This document shows, piece after piece, positions 21,245-33,029 of a stretch of DNA of 64,000 bases (the stretch's first letter is position 1; each line of letters starts with the position of its first letter). The stretch is from Candidatus Marinamargulisbacteria bacterium (GTDB lineage: Bacteria > Margulisbacteria > Marinamargulisbacteria > UBA817), in the NCBI GenBank assembly GCA_049889215.1, contig JBMHDV010000027.1:29594-93593 (forward strand). Reading direction: 5' to 3'. Below the pieces are notes generated by a model that saw nothing but the letters and a program-made list of their open reading frames with translations, ran no database searches and was not told the origin of the DNA. The position numbers were made by a program, and so were the translations under genes.

Positions 21245-22553
21245 TTAATACCCGTTTTGGAAGATTCTTAAACCTTAAAATTAATTCAACTAAAACTTTG
21301 GTCACAAATAACGACGAAAACATACTAACCATAACACCAATACTCAACGTTAATGCAAAACCCTTAATCGAACCAGTTCCAAGCCAAAAAAGCACCATAG
21401 CAGCAAATAATGTCGTAACATTCGAATCCAAAATAGCAACAAATGCTTTAGAAAAACCTTCATTTACTGCAGAATAAACAGACTCACCTCGATCCATTTC
21501 TTCACGAATACGGGCAAATATAATAATGTTTGCATCAACAGCCATCCCTAAAGTTAAAATTAAACCTGCAATACCTGGCAATGTTAAGGTCGCATCCATC
21601 ATTTTAAGAATACCCATGGTTAAAATTCCATAATATGTTAAGGCTAATACGGCCATTGCACCAAAGGTACGAAAAAATACCATCATGTAAATAACCACGC
21701 CTATCAAAGCTATCATTCCAGCGCGCTTACCACTAGTGATTGAATCCATACCCAATGTCGGACCAATCAAACGATTTGACAAAATTTCTACAGGAACAGG
21801 CAACGATCCTGCACGAAGCTTAATCACTAAGTCTTTCACTTCTTGAGTAGTAAATGAACCTGAAATTACCGCACTACCACCAGCAATTGGTTCATTAACA
21901 TTTGGCGCCGAAATTAATGCACCATCCAATAAAATTGCTAAAGGGCGTCCAACATTATTCTTAGTGGCCTGAAAAAACAACTCTGTACCTTCTGAATCAA
22001 ACTTGATATTAACCATCGGCTGACCATAATTATCTGCACCAGCAAAAGCCTCTTTAAGGTTATTGCCTTGCAAAACCTTCTTTTTTAGTATTAACGGGCG
22101 CAAGATCATCTCACCATTTGCAAGACCTTGCTCCAAATACAAAATTTTTGCATTTTTACCTAATAATATATCTTTTTCTTCCTGGGACAATCGTTCAAGG
22201 TTCTGAGGTGCCCACTCTGCTTCATGAAAGGTCAACTGTGCAGTCTCACCAATCAATGACAATGCACGATCAATATCACTAATGCCAGGTAACTCGACAA
22301 TCACTTGAGTTAATCCTTTTCGCTGAATGACAGGTTCAGTTAACCCCAAGGCATTAATTCGTCCTCGAATAACATCAATAACCCCCAAGATGTCATCATT
22401 AGTTATCTCACGACCATCCACTTCTTTTGCCTCCAAAACAACAGATACGCCGCCCCTCAAATCAAGGCCTAAATTAAATGGCTTAGTGGTAAGCACCCAA
22501 ATAGATGCAGCCAAAATAATACTCGCTAAAAAAAATCGTTTAATTAGTGTCAT
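21222..22553 (-). CDS. secD: Protein translocase subunit SecD
   Basis: LGLDLRGGVSVVLEA...periplasmic domain then C-terminal TM bundle typical of SecD. Confidence 0.9.
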   Translation of the reverse strand: MTLIKRFFLASIILAASIWVLTTKPFNLGLDLRGGVSVVLEAKEVDGREITNDDILGVIDVIRGRINALGLTEPVIQRKGLTQVIVELPGISDIDRALSLIGETAQLTFHEAEWAPQNLERLSQEEKDILLGKNAKILYLEQGLANGEMILRPLILKKKVLQGNNLKEAFAGADNYGQPMVNIKFDSEGTELFFQATKNNVGRPLAILLDGALISAPNVNEPIAGGSAVISGSFTTQEVKDLVIKLRAGSLPVPVEILSNRLIGPTLGMDSITSGKRAGMIALIGVVIYMMVFFRTFGAMAVLALTYYGILTMGILKMMDATLTLPGIAGLILTLGMAVDANIIIFARIREEMDRGESVYSAVNEGFSKAFVAILDSNVTTLFAAMVLFWLGTGSIKGFALTLSIGVMVSMFSSLFVTKVLVELILRFKNLPKRVLIGGITND

Positions 22554-22614
22554 AATAATTTCCTAGAAATTTTCTATATTATAACTAATCTTTAAACAAA
22601 ATAACTAGAAATTA

Positions 22615-24099
22615 TCAGATTGATTTTAAATGAGGAAAGAATAATACGTCTCGAATGGATGCTGCGTTGGTTAGAAGCATAACAACACGATCAATACCAA
22701 TACCCAATCCACCTGTTGGTGGCATTCCATACGATAACGCCTCAATAAAATCATCATCCATTTGATGCGCCTCTTCAAATCCAGCTTCTCGTGCTTTCTG
22801 TTGCGCTTCCAGCCGTTCTTTTTGATCAATCGGATCATTTAACTCGGTAAACGCATTGGCAATTTCCATCTTATTGATAATTAATTCAAACCGCTCAACA
22901 TATGCTGGGTTATTACGGTTCTTTTTGGCCAATGGCGATGTTTCTAATGGATAGTCAACAATAAACGTTGGTTGGATTAGGTGATTTTCAACAAATGCAT
23001 CATACACTTCATTAATAAGTTCGCCTTTCGGTGCATCTGATCCAAATTCCAAACCTTTTGTTTTTAGAAGTGCCAACATGTCATTATTGGATGCTGTATC
23101 AATGTCCAATCCAGAATGCTCTAAAATTGCATCACGCATTGTCACGCGTTTAAACGGTAGACTAAAATCCAAAGATTGTCCTTGATACTCAATTGTTTCG
23201 GAACCATAAGTCGATACAACCAAGTGGTTCATTAACTGTTCTGTTAATGCCATCATGTCAGAATAATCAGCATACGCTTGATACAGTTCCAATAATGTAT
23301 ACTCTGGGTTGTGTTTAAATGATACCCCTTCATTTCGAAACACACGTCCGATTTCAAAAATCTTTTCAAAACCACCAACAATGAGCCGTTTTAAGTGGAG
23401 TTCTAGTGCAATACGTAAATACAAATTCTGCTTAAGTTCGTTATGGTGCGTCGTAAATGGTCGGGCCGATGCACCACCATAAATATGATGCAATACGGGT
23501 GTTTCAACCTCCATAAACGATTGATCCGCCAAAAAGTTACGAATATCATGAATCACACTGGAACGCTTTTTAAACACATCCATTACATCTGGATTAGCAA
23601 TTAAATCAACGTAACGACGTCTGTAACGCGCTTCCTTATCTTGCAATCCATGGTATTTTTCTGGCAACGGATGCAATGACTTAGTTAATAGTTCAAACGA
23701 ATCCACATTAATCGTAATTTCACCACGCCGCGTGCAAAACAACGACCCAGTTACACCAACAATGTCACCAACATCCAACATTTCAAATTGTGCAAACGAT
23801 GGTAAATCATTCACCGAAGCATACAGCTGAACACTACCCGATGCGTCAGACACATTAGCAAAAATGGCTTTACCATGACCACGTTTGGCCTTGATTCTTC
23901 CACATACTTGCACTGTATGATCAGATTTTTCTCCAGCACCCAATCCATCAACCAACGCCAAAGCATCGGCAATGTGATGGGATCGATCATACCCATAAGC
24001 AAATGGTTCGATATTTTGTTCACGATAGGTATCTAGCTTATTTAGCCGGACATCAAATTCAGATTCTGTGGTTTGTGTTGTTTCTTGACTCATACTCAA
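22615..24099 (-). CDS. lysS: Lysine--tRNA ligase (class II)
   Basis: N-terminal OB-fold region and class II motifs (FMEVETPVL, RVFRNEG, GGLGIGIDRVVMLL). Confidence 0.95.
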   Translation of the reverse strand: MSMSQETTQTTESEFDVRLNKLDTYREQNIEPFAYGYDRSHHIADALALVDGLGAGEKSDHTVQVCGRIKAKRGHGKAIFANVSDASGSVQLYASVNDLPSFAQFEMLDVGDIVGVTGSLFCTRRGEITINVDSFELLTKSLHPLPEKYHGLQDKEARYRRRYVDLIANPDVMDVFKKRSSVIHDIRNFLADQSFMEVETPVLHHIYGGASARPFTTHHNELKQNLYLRIALELHLKRLIVGGFEKIFEIGRVFRNEGVSFKHNPEYTLLELYQAYADYSDMMALTEQLMNHLVVSTYGSETIEYQGQSLDFSLPFKRVTMRDAILEHSGLDIDTASNNDMLALLKTKGLEFGSDAPKGELINEVYDAFVENHLIQPTFIVDYPLETSPLAKKNRNNPAYVERFELIINKMEIANAFTELNDPIDQKERLEAQQKAREAGFEEAHQMDDDFIEALSYGMPPTGGLGIGIDRVVMLLTNAASIRDVLFFPHLKSI

Positions 24100-24176
24100 A
24101 TGATACTCATTTTTAACCCGCCAAACAATAGGCAGCCGATTTTCATTGCAACCATAAATTATGCTAAGGTAGTGGT

Positions 24177-24473
24177 ATGGAATACATTATCGCGGTAGCT
24201 GCAGCTGCCATTTATTTATTTGTATCAGCAGGGTCACCTAATTCTAACCTGGAGAGCAACTATAAAGAGCTAACTGTAAACTCACGTTTTGGGCACAATG
24301 AAACCAAAGTCATAAACAATAAAAATTACACCTGGGTTGACCAAGCCAATGTGAAACTCGACGAGGCTGGTGTGATTCGCGATGACCGAGGACGGCCATA
24401 CAAGATAAATTCAGCTGGTTACATTGTCATTGACACTCAAAAAGTCAATCAAGAAAACGCCAGTTCAAGTTAA
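24177..24473 (+). CDS. Small hypothetical protein with N-terminal hydrophobic segment
   Basis: 98-aa ORF, ATG with AAGG upstream; no recognisable motif. Confidence 0.4.
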   Translation: MEYIIAVAAAAIYLFVSAGSPNSNLESNYKELTVNSRFGHNETKVINNKNYTWVDQANVKLDEAGVIRDDRGRPYKINSAGYIVIDTQKVNQENASSS

Positions 24474-24533
24474 GACGGCCAGGCATACGCCTGACTTACT
24501 TTAATAACTTAACGATGACAAATGATTTCAAAA

Positions 24534-25388
24534 TCAGTCGGATTTAACACCACAAAAACCAATACTAGTCTCGAGAGCTTTTAGCTTACTCAATTTCTTA
24601 TTATCGATATTGTAATGCTTTTGAATTTCTTTAAGTTTTCTATTGATTAAGTTTTTGATACGTAAAATCTTTTGATTTGATTCACCACAGTCAAGCTCTA
24701 CATCACCAGCTTTTGTTAATTCAGAAGTTTCTTGAACTCCTTCAAGTATTTCAAATATTTCACGTAAATCGCGAAGATAATCTGCTGTAATTTCTTTTTT
24801 AATTATTTCATTCTCTAATTTTTGAATTTGATCTTCAGATTTACTTTTTATAGCAGACTTAATTAGTGATACAATTTTTTTGATAATTTTTCCCTCATTA
24901 CAAGATCCATCAAGAACCAAGAGACCAACAGAAAACCATTGGGCAGCAGCCAAACCAACACCAGTTTGAGCTGTCTCTTTAACACGCGAAACTTTTGTAT
25001 CAACAACCTTAATATCATCTTGCTGTTGATGCAACTGATCATTAATCGCTTTTTTATTGGCTGCTTCAACATAATCATCAAGACGGCGACAAACGTCTTC
25101 TACTACTGTTGATTCCAATTCATTTGTGTATTTTACATGACTATCTTTAATTAATGCATCATCTTCTTTATATTGAAAGTTCCCTTCAATTATTTGAGTA
25201 CCATTACGTTCTGAGTAACCTGCCAAAACACTAAAAGGGGGATTAGCATACGTTTTAACATAGTTTTGATGGGATTGACCCAAACTTGCTTTCACAGCCT
25301 CATGGCAAGATGTTCCACGTAAATTTCGTTGTCCACTAGCTCCAGTGAATAATACTGCAGCAAATGCTAATGCCGATCGTAATCTCAT
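24534..25388 (-). CDS. Secreted hypothetical protein (signal peptide, coiled-coil-rich, 5 Cys)
   Basis: Start set at MRLRSALAFAAVLFTGASG preceded by GGAGG SD; listed ORF start 25403 is a TTG extension. Confidence 0.5.
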   Translation of the reverse strand: MRLRSALAFAAVLFTGASGQRNLRGTSCHEAVKASLGQSHQNYVKTYANPPFSVLAGYSERNGTQIIEGNFQYKEDDALIKDSHVKYTNELESTVVEDVCRRLDDYVEAANKKAINDQLHQQQDDIKVVDTKVSRVKETAQTGVGLAAAQWFSVGLLVLDGSCNEGKIIKKIVSLIKSAIKSKSEDQIQKLENEIIKKEITADYLRDLREIFEILEGVQETSELTKAGDVELDCGESNQKILRIKNLINRKLKEIQKHYNIDNKKLSKLKALETSIGFCGVKSD

Positions 25389-25500
25389 AAATTTTTCCTC
25401 CAAAATTTTACTTATACATAAGCTATCGTAAAAAAATATAAAATAGTTTCGTTTTTAATAAAAAAAACCAATTAATTGTTTCATATTTTTTACATTATGG

Positions 25501-25548
25501 GAATCCTAAATGAGCACCGCATGCGAAAAGTAACAATGATATCTCATC
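25501..25548. repeat. 48-bp direct repeat, copy 1
   Basis: gaatcctaaatgagcaccgcatgcgaaaagtaacaatgatatctcatc; matches copy 2 at 46/48. Confidence 0.8.
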
Positions 25549-25621
25549 TATCATACATGTTCACCAGCCCTTTTTTGGAGAGAGATCGCGGCACTTTTCA
25601 AAATAGGAGCGCAGTTTAGGT

Positions 25622-25669
25622 GAATCCTAAATGAGCACCGCAGGTGAAAAGTAACAATGATATCTCATC
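25622..25669. repeat. 48-bp direct repeat, copy 2 (ends 10 nt from tRNA-Leu 3' end)
   Basis: gaatcctaaatgagcaccgcaggtgaaaagtaacaatgatatctcatc; 73-bp spacer between copies. Confidence 0.8.
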
Positions 25670-25679
25670 AAAAATGGGT

Positions 25680-25763
25680 TGGTGCGCGTGGAGGGACTTG
25701 AACCCCCACGTCAAAGACACTAGATCCTAAGTCTAGCGCGTCTACCAATTTCGCCACACGCGC
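25680..25763 (-). tRNA. tRNA-Leu (anticodon UAG), type II with long variable arm
   Basis: Reverse complement folds as cloverleaf: 7-bp acceptor stem GCGCGTG/CACGCGC, anticodon loop CTTAGGA, T-loop TTCAAGT, encoded 3' CCA. Confidence 0.85.
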
Positions 25764-25844
25764 AGGGTATTCATATATTACCAGGTTAACAAAAAGATGC
25801 AAAGAATGATAAATTAGAAATAGATTAGATTTAAAGGAGAGATC

Positions 25845-26210
25845 ATGACTTGTCGAGGAATTCGAGGCGCAATAACCGCAGAAAACAACACAGCAGAAGA
25901 CATTCAGACTGCATCAGTGACCCTATTAAATCACATGATTAAAGCAAACAAGATTGAAGAAGATGATATTGTATCGATTTTATTTTCTGTGACTGAAGAC
26001 TTAAACGCAACGTTCCCGGCACGTGCGGCACGTGACATGGGATTAACAGATACACCGCTGCTCTGCTTTCATGAAATGAAGGTACCGGACGGCCTAGAAA
26101 AATGCATTCGCATTTTGATGCATGTTAACTCAAACAAATCGATTAAAGACATTGAACACTGTTATTTGGAAGGGGCAGCAAAATTGCGCCCGGACATTTC
26201 GAAGGCATGA
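25845..26210 (+). CDS. aroH: Chorismate mutase, AroH class
   Basis: 121 aa, RGIRGAIT...FPARAARDMG...LEKCIRILMHV pattern of monofunctional AroH-type enzymes; SD AAGGAGA. Confidence 0.85.
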   Translation: MTCRGIRGAITAENNTAEDIQTASVTLLNHMIKANKIEEDDIVSILFSVTEDLNATFPARAARDMGLTDTPLLCFHEMKVPDGLEKCIRILMHVNSNKSIKDIEHCYLEGAAKLRPDISKA

Positions 26211-27040
26211 ACCAACTCTGCATCATTGGCTGTGGGCTGATTGGCGGCTCATTTGCAGCCTTGGTAAAAAAGCACCATCCGGATCTTGCCATTCAAGGGA
26301 TTGGCCGACGACAAGAGCCACTCAAAGCCGCACAAGAGCGGGGCATTATTGACGACTATGCCCTAGACATCAATACCAGCAAGGTTCAAACAGCTGACAT
26401 TATTGTTATTGCCAGTCCAATTGCAACCGTACTCCCAATAATTAGTAACTTAACAGCAACCATAAACGAAACAAAAACCATCATCGAATTTTCGAGCGTA
26501 AAGTCATTTTTAAATGACCCGGTGGTAACAAATTCCCATCACACGATTATTGGCATGCACCCCATGGGCGGCCTGGACGTGCAAGGCTTGGAGAATGCTG
26601 CTGCAACCGTGTTAGAAAACTGCCCGATGATTGTGTTTAATGAGGATCCAATCAACTCATTTATTGCATCTTGTAGCTTCAATTTAATTTCCTGCCCATC
26701 ATATGAGATTCACGATGAATGGATGATGCAAGTGTCCCATGGCCCCTACATTTTAGCCAGTGTACTGCCAAACATCTTATCAAAAAAATCAAACGACGAA
26801 CGTCGCCAATTACAAAGCATAAGTGCCGGCGGATTCCGCGATACTACCCGCGTCAGCAACAGCGCCATCGAATGGGGTTTGGACGTATTAACTGGCAACA
26901 AAAAAAACGCAATCGTCTTTATAGATCAAATCACACACGCCCTAACTCAATTAAAATCCCACTTAGAAAACGACCAACAAAGCGACCTAAGTGACTGGCT
27001 AACCGCAGCCAAAACCACCCGTAGCACCATTGTTAACTAA
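26207..27040 (+). CDS. tyrA: Prephenate/arogenate dehydrogenase
   Basis: N-terminal Rossmann IIGCGLIGGSFA and TyrA-like core; start overlaps aroH stop. Confidence 0.85.
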   Translation: MNQLCIIGCGLIGGSFAALVKKHHPDLAIQGIGRRQEPLKAAQERGIIDDYALDINTSKVQTADIIVIASPIATVLPIISNLTATINETKTIIEFSSVKSFLNDPVVTNSHHTIIGMHPMGGLDVQGLENAAATVLENCPMIVFNEDPINSFIASCSFNLISCPSYEIHDEWMMQVSHGPYILASVLPNILSKKSNDERRQLQSISAGGFRDTTRVSNSAIEWGLDVLTGNKKNAIVFIDQITHALTQLKSHLENDQQSDLSDWLTAAKTTRSTIVN

Positions 27041-27605
27041 TCAGTCATTTAAAGACATGGTCACCAAGCAATCTACCATTGAGGTTGCCAAACGGTTGCT
27101 GGGTCATGAACTCGTCTACAATGGCCCCAAAGGCCACGTTGGTGGAATCATTACTGAAACCGAAGCATACACCGAAGATGACCCAGCATGTCATGCCTAC
27201 AAAGGCAAAAAAACACAACGAAATGCCCCCATGTTTTTAGCTGCTGGCCACATTTACATCTATTTTATTTACGGCATGTACCATTGCCTAAATGTAGTAA
27301 CAGAAAAAGAAGGTATTGGTGCAGCCGTTCTAATTCGAGAACTGCACCCCACCGTTGGCATCGACATCATTCAACAGCATCGGGCAACCATAAAAAAACA
27401 GCGTGATTGGCTCAACGGACCCAGTAAATTAATGATGGGCCTTGGCATTCCACCAGAGCTCAATGGTAGCGATGCATTGTCCAGCAACTGCCCCATTTCA
27501 TTGAGACCAAAAGACACCCCAAAAGGCATACAAACACTGCCACGCATTGGCATTTCGTCCGCCAAGGATCGGTTATGGCGATTTCGTTACAACGTTAATT
27601 CGTGA
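27030..27605 (+). CDS. mpg: DNA-3-methyladenine glycosylase (Mpg/AAG family)
   Basis: ITETEAYTEDDPACHAYKGKKTQRNAPMF...GHIYIYFIYGMYHCLNVV signature. Confidence 0.85.
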   Translation: MLTNQSFKDMVTKQSTIEVAKRLLGHELVYNGPKGHVGGIITETEAYTEDDPACHAYKGKKTQRNAPMFLAAGHIYIYFIYGMYHCLNVVTEKEGIGAAVLIRELHPTVGIDIIQQHRATIKKQRDWLNGPSKLMMGLGIPPELNGSDALSSNCPISLRPKDTPKGIQTLPRIGISSAKDRLWRFRYNVNS

Positions 27606-28702
27606 CGCAAGCACGCTGCAATTTTTTCAGCAGCCATTTGATAATGATCCGATAACGGCGTCCAATCAAAGTCATTATCATTCAAAATAGCCGACACCCC
27701 CTGGGCAATGGTTTCAGCCTGATTTGAATCAATAAAATGGGTTGTTGCGCCATCAATTAACTGATGCTGTTGTTGAAATCGCTGCTTGGTGGACTGTGGT
27801 CCACACCCAACAAAAGATATCAGGTCCCGTTTGGCATGCATGGCTTGTTCATTGGCCGTACCAGCCAAACCAATCACAACACTGGACGCTTGCAAAACAT
27901 CAAAAAACGCATACGACACACGAACACAAATGTCAGATTGTGAAAATTTAAAATAAAAGCCCTGCGCATCCTTCTCCAATAGCCATGGTAAATCAGCAAT
28001 AACGGTTGTTAATTCAGCATGTTTAAAATGAGGCGATAACGAAAACACAAACGACCATGGGGCATCCAATGTCAATTGTGAAACAACCGTTAACATCAAG
28101 GCCATATTTTGAATGGCCTCCTGGCGTGAACCTGGCAATAACGCAATGGTCATTGGCACACCGCGCTCAACATTCGACGTCATGGCATCAAACATCGGAT
28201 TCCCAAAATAACGAGAAGGGATGCCAGCATTTAAAAAGCGTTGGTGGGTAGCTTCATCACGCGGAAACACCAATGATGCTTTGGATCGAATATACTTAAG
28301 TTCAATTGCATAATGGGGAATCACACGTTCAGACTTTGCCGTTGGAAAAAACACAATGGGAATATCTGACTGTGAGGCAGCCATAAACAAAGCAAAGACA
28401 TCACCAACCACCAACTGCACATCCGCTGTCCCTGTAGCCAATGCCTGTCGCTGTTTTTGAAATTGCCATAATAAGCCGGACCGCAAATCAGCCAACAAAT
28501 CTCGCAGTCGCAATAAAAAACCACCACTGGGCAACACTGGCTGGGTAATGGTTGGTTGTATCCCCAACTGCTGATAGGCATTGCCGTCACCAACCAAAGG
28601 GTACACATCAAACGTCGCACTCGTTAAGCCAATCGCTTCAATAATTCGAGTTGAAATTAAATCTTCACCAAACCCATTACTTACGATTCGAATATGTGTC
28701 AT
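27587..28702 (-). CDS. LpxB-like glycosyltransferase (lipid-A-disaccharide synthase family, GT19-like)
   Basis: N-terminal IVSNGFGEDLIS, central IALLPGSRQEAIQNM, C-terminal GLAGTANEQ resembling LpxB blocks; assignment by motif only. Confidence 0.6.
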   Translation of the reverse strand: MTHIRIVSNGFGEDLISTRIIEAIGLTSATFDVYPLVGDGNAYQQLGIQPTITQPVLPSGGFLLRLRDLLADLRSGLLWQFQKQRQALATGTADVQLVVGDVFALFMAASQSDIPIVFFPTAKSERVIPHYAIELKYIRSKASLVFPRDEATHQRFLNAGIPSRYFGNPMFDAMTSNVERGVPMTIALLPGSRQEAIQNMALMLTVVSQLTLDAPWSFVFSLSPHFKHAELTTVIADLPWLLEKDAQGFYFKFSQSDICVRVSYAFFDVLQASSVVIGLAGTANEQAMHAKRDLISFVGCGPQSTKQRFQQQHQLIDGATTHFIDSNQAETIAQGVSAILNDNDFDWTPLSDHYQMAAEKIAACLRHELTL

Positions 28703-29256
28703 TGTTTTAAAATGAAATCAGTCACTACCGCCAACACATCATCCCCAATAAACGATGGTTCACAGCTGCCATCGAACTCTGTTTGACGGCCATTGCCAGT
28801 TCGTACCAATGCAGCTGCCACACCGGCATGTTTGCCCGCATCAATATCAACGGCTGAATCACCAACCATCACCAACTCATCAGCTGTAAAGTTAAATCCC
28901 TTCATCACACGTTGAATCATGCCCGGGTTTGGCTTTCGATCATTGGACTCTTTTTTATACTGACCAATCCCGTGCTCAGGGTGACACGGGCAATAATAGG
29001 TCTGAGTAATTGGACAACTATTTTCTTCAAAAAGTCGTTCAATGTAATGCTCAACCACTTTGTAATCGTCTTCCGAAAAGTAACCACGGCCAATCCCGGA
29101 CTGATTGGTAGCAACAAATACCTTAACGCCCAAATGATGAAGTTGTTGAAGTGCATCAAAAACACCTGGAATCACCTGCACATCCACCAACTTATGCAAG
29201 TAGGGCACATGCTCAATAAGCGTGCCATCACGATCAAAAATAACCCCTTTAATCAT
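28699..29256 (-). CDS. gmhB: D,D-heptose 1,7-bisphosphate phosphatase-like HAD-IIIA enzyme
   Basis: HAD motif I FDRDGTL, zinc motif CPCHPEH, RKPNPGM motif. Confidence 0.75.
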   Translation of the reverse strand: MIKGVIFDRDGTLIEHVPYLHKLVDVQVIPGVFDALQQLHHLGVKVFVATNQSGIGRGYFSEDDYKVVEHYIERLFEENSCPITQTYYCPCHPEHGIGQYKKESNDRKPNPGMIQRVMKGFNFTADELVMVGDSAVDIDAGKHAGVAAALVRTGNGRQTEFDGSCEPSFIGDDVLAVVTDFILKQ

Positions 29257-30166
29257 TTATATTTGCTGTTGGCGATTTTGAAAATGGCTCATTTGAATTT
29301 ACTTTTTTCTTAAAATACTGTTGAATTGACCGCGTTAAATGATCGGCTTCATCTGCCGTAAATATGGCTGTTTTTCGTTTTGTTTCAATGTAACTTAATG
29401 CATCATATTCATCCCCATAATAAGATAAATCTACAATGGTCAATAAAGCATTAAAATACCCATCATCAAACGAAAATAACGGGTCATTAACCTTAAATAT
29501 TTTAATATTATTGGTTGGAAAAATCATCGCAGATGTTGTCGCGCTCCCAGTAGGAATAATGGCATAAAAATCGGTTAATGGAATCAATGACTCCTGATTG
29601 TACGATTCCTTTTGTAGATGTTGAGAATAAAGTACTGACACTAAATGTGTATATGGAGAAACTTTAATATCCTTTGTTGGAACAGTATCTGCCAAATGAA
29701 ATAAATACCGTGACTTAGACTGATAATGAACAAATGAATAAATATCATATTTGGGCCGAATCTTTCTAAACTGCGTTAATAACTTATAATTGTCGGTCAC
29801 CACTTCTTGAAACTGAAAATAACCTTGTTGATAATGCGACGAATCAACCACATTTCGTTTTTGATCATAGTTGGTAACAACCAAGGTATTTTTTGTTCCG
29901 ACCAACTCAACAATCGCTTCCGCACTGCCCCAAGCAATCGTTTCGTATCCCTTTTCAAAAATCAAACCTTTTGCCTGTGCATAAATCGATACAACATTGG
30001 TTGATACTGGCATGGCATCCCAACCAAAAGGTTCAAAATCCTCATGCTGCACTATCAGATTGACGGACTTAAAAATTGAATTTGTGGACTGATTGGATAT
30101 GTCTTGGGCGACCTTGCCACAACCAACCATCAAGCAAAAAATTAAGCAAATCAACAAGCGGATCAT
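29249..30166 (-). CDS. Putative lipoprotein of unknown function
   Basis: Signal peptide with lipobox-like LMVGC; co-oriented and overlapping with gmhB-like gene. Confidence 0.5.
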   Translation of the reverse strand: MIRLLICLIFCLMVGCGKVAQDISNQSTNSIFKSVNLIVQHEDFEPFGWDAMPVSTNVVSIYAQAKGLIFEKGYETIAWGSAEAIVELVGTKNTLVVTNYDQKRNVVDSSHYQQGYFQFQEVVTDNYKLLTQFRKIRPKYDIYSFVHYQSKSRYLFHLADTVPTKDIKVSPYTHLVSVLYSQHLQKESYNQESLIPLTDFYAIIPTGSATTSAMIFPTNNIKIFKVNDPLFSFDDGYFNALLTIVDLSYYGDEYDALSYIETKRKTAIFTADEADHLTRSIQQYFKKKVNSNEPFSKSPTANIND

Positions 30167-30219
30167 AGCCTTAATTTTAACAAATAAATAGAACTGAAGA
30201 AATACTGGAAATAGAGCTG

Positions 30220-30906
30220 TTACGGAAGTGGCGATTCAGACGTCCCTGACACCTTGTAGTCATCAACCACTGGCGGGGAAACATCATCTACTGGTCGAGC
30301 CGAATAACCCGATTGATGCCTAGCTCGATTTGAGATTCGAGTTAGTCCTTTTGATAATGCATCAAAATTTGCATTTGATAACACCATTTGGTCATTCACA
30401 AAATGCAATATTTTATAAGCAATATCTTCAATCTCATTTTTAGCTGATTTTAATAATTCCGGGTGCAATTTTTCACTACCATTATCCATAATCATGGTGC
30501 CAGGCGGGACGACCTGGGATGTTCCGGAAAGCATCATATCCGGATCTTGCGGATTAGCGAGACTGGATTCCATTGCTAGCAACCCTTTATTACCACCCTG
30601 CGACTTGCCACTATTCGCCAATGATGGATCATCGCCAAATAGCTTTTTTGATAACTTTTTTAAGCCGGTGATCATGTCATCAATTTCTGGTTTAAACTCA
30701 GGTAAATGCTCTGCTATTTCACCCATTAAAGTAACCAATTTACTAATGTCGCCACGTTGAATGCCATCATTAATCAAAACTGTTATTAACTTTAGAATCT
30801 GGTCAATTTCGTCAATCTGACCTTGAGATAAACCAAACGGGTTACCAGCCACCGCATCAGAAATCGTATTTATAAAACTCTTTACGCTATCTACCATGGA
30901 CATCAT
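30220..30906 (-). CDS. Hypothetical protein
   Basis: 228-aa ORF, no signal peptide, no recognisable motif. Confidence 0.45.
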   Translation of the reverse strand: MMSMVDSVKSFINTISDAVAGNPFGLSQGQIDEIDQILKLITVLINDGIQRGDISKLVTLMGEIAEHLPEFKPEIDDMITGLKKLSKKLFGDDPSLANSGKSQGGNKGLLAMESSLANPQDPDMMLSGTSQVVPPGTMIMDNGSEKLHPELLKSAKNEIEDIAYKILHFVNDQMVLSNANFDALSKGLTRISNRARHQSGYSARPVDDVSPPVVDDYKVSGTSESPLP

Positions 30907-30998
30907 TAGCCCTCCTAATATAATATCGACAAAAATCCCAAAAAAAATGTACTCAAATTCATTAATCTATTTTAATGGTTTTCTAGTACAATAATACC

Positions 30999-33026
<2,028 letters not shown>

Positions 33027-33029
33027 ACT

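Noticed and set aside
25501-25669. CRISPR array
   Set aside because: Only two repeat copies, 73-bp spacer, no cas genes anywhere in the window
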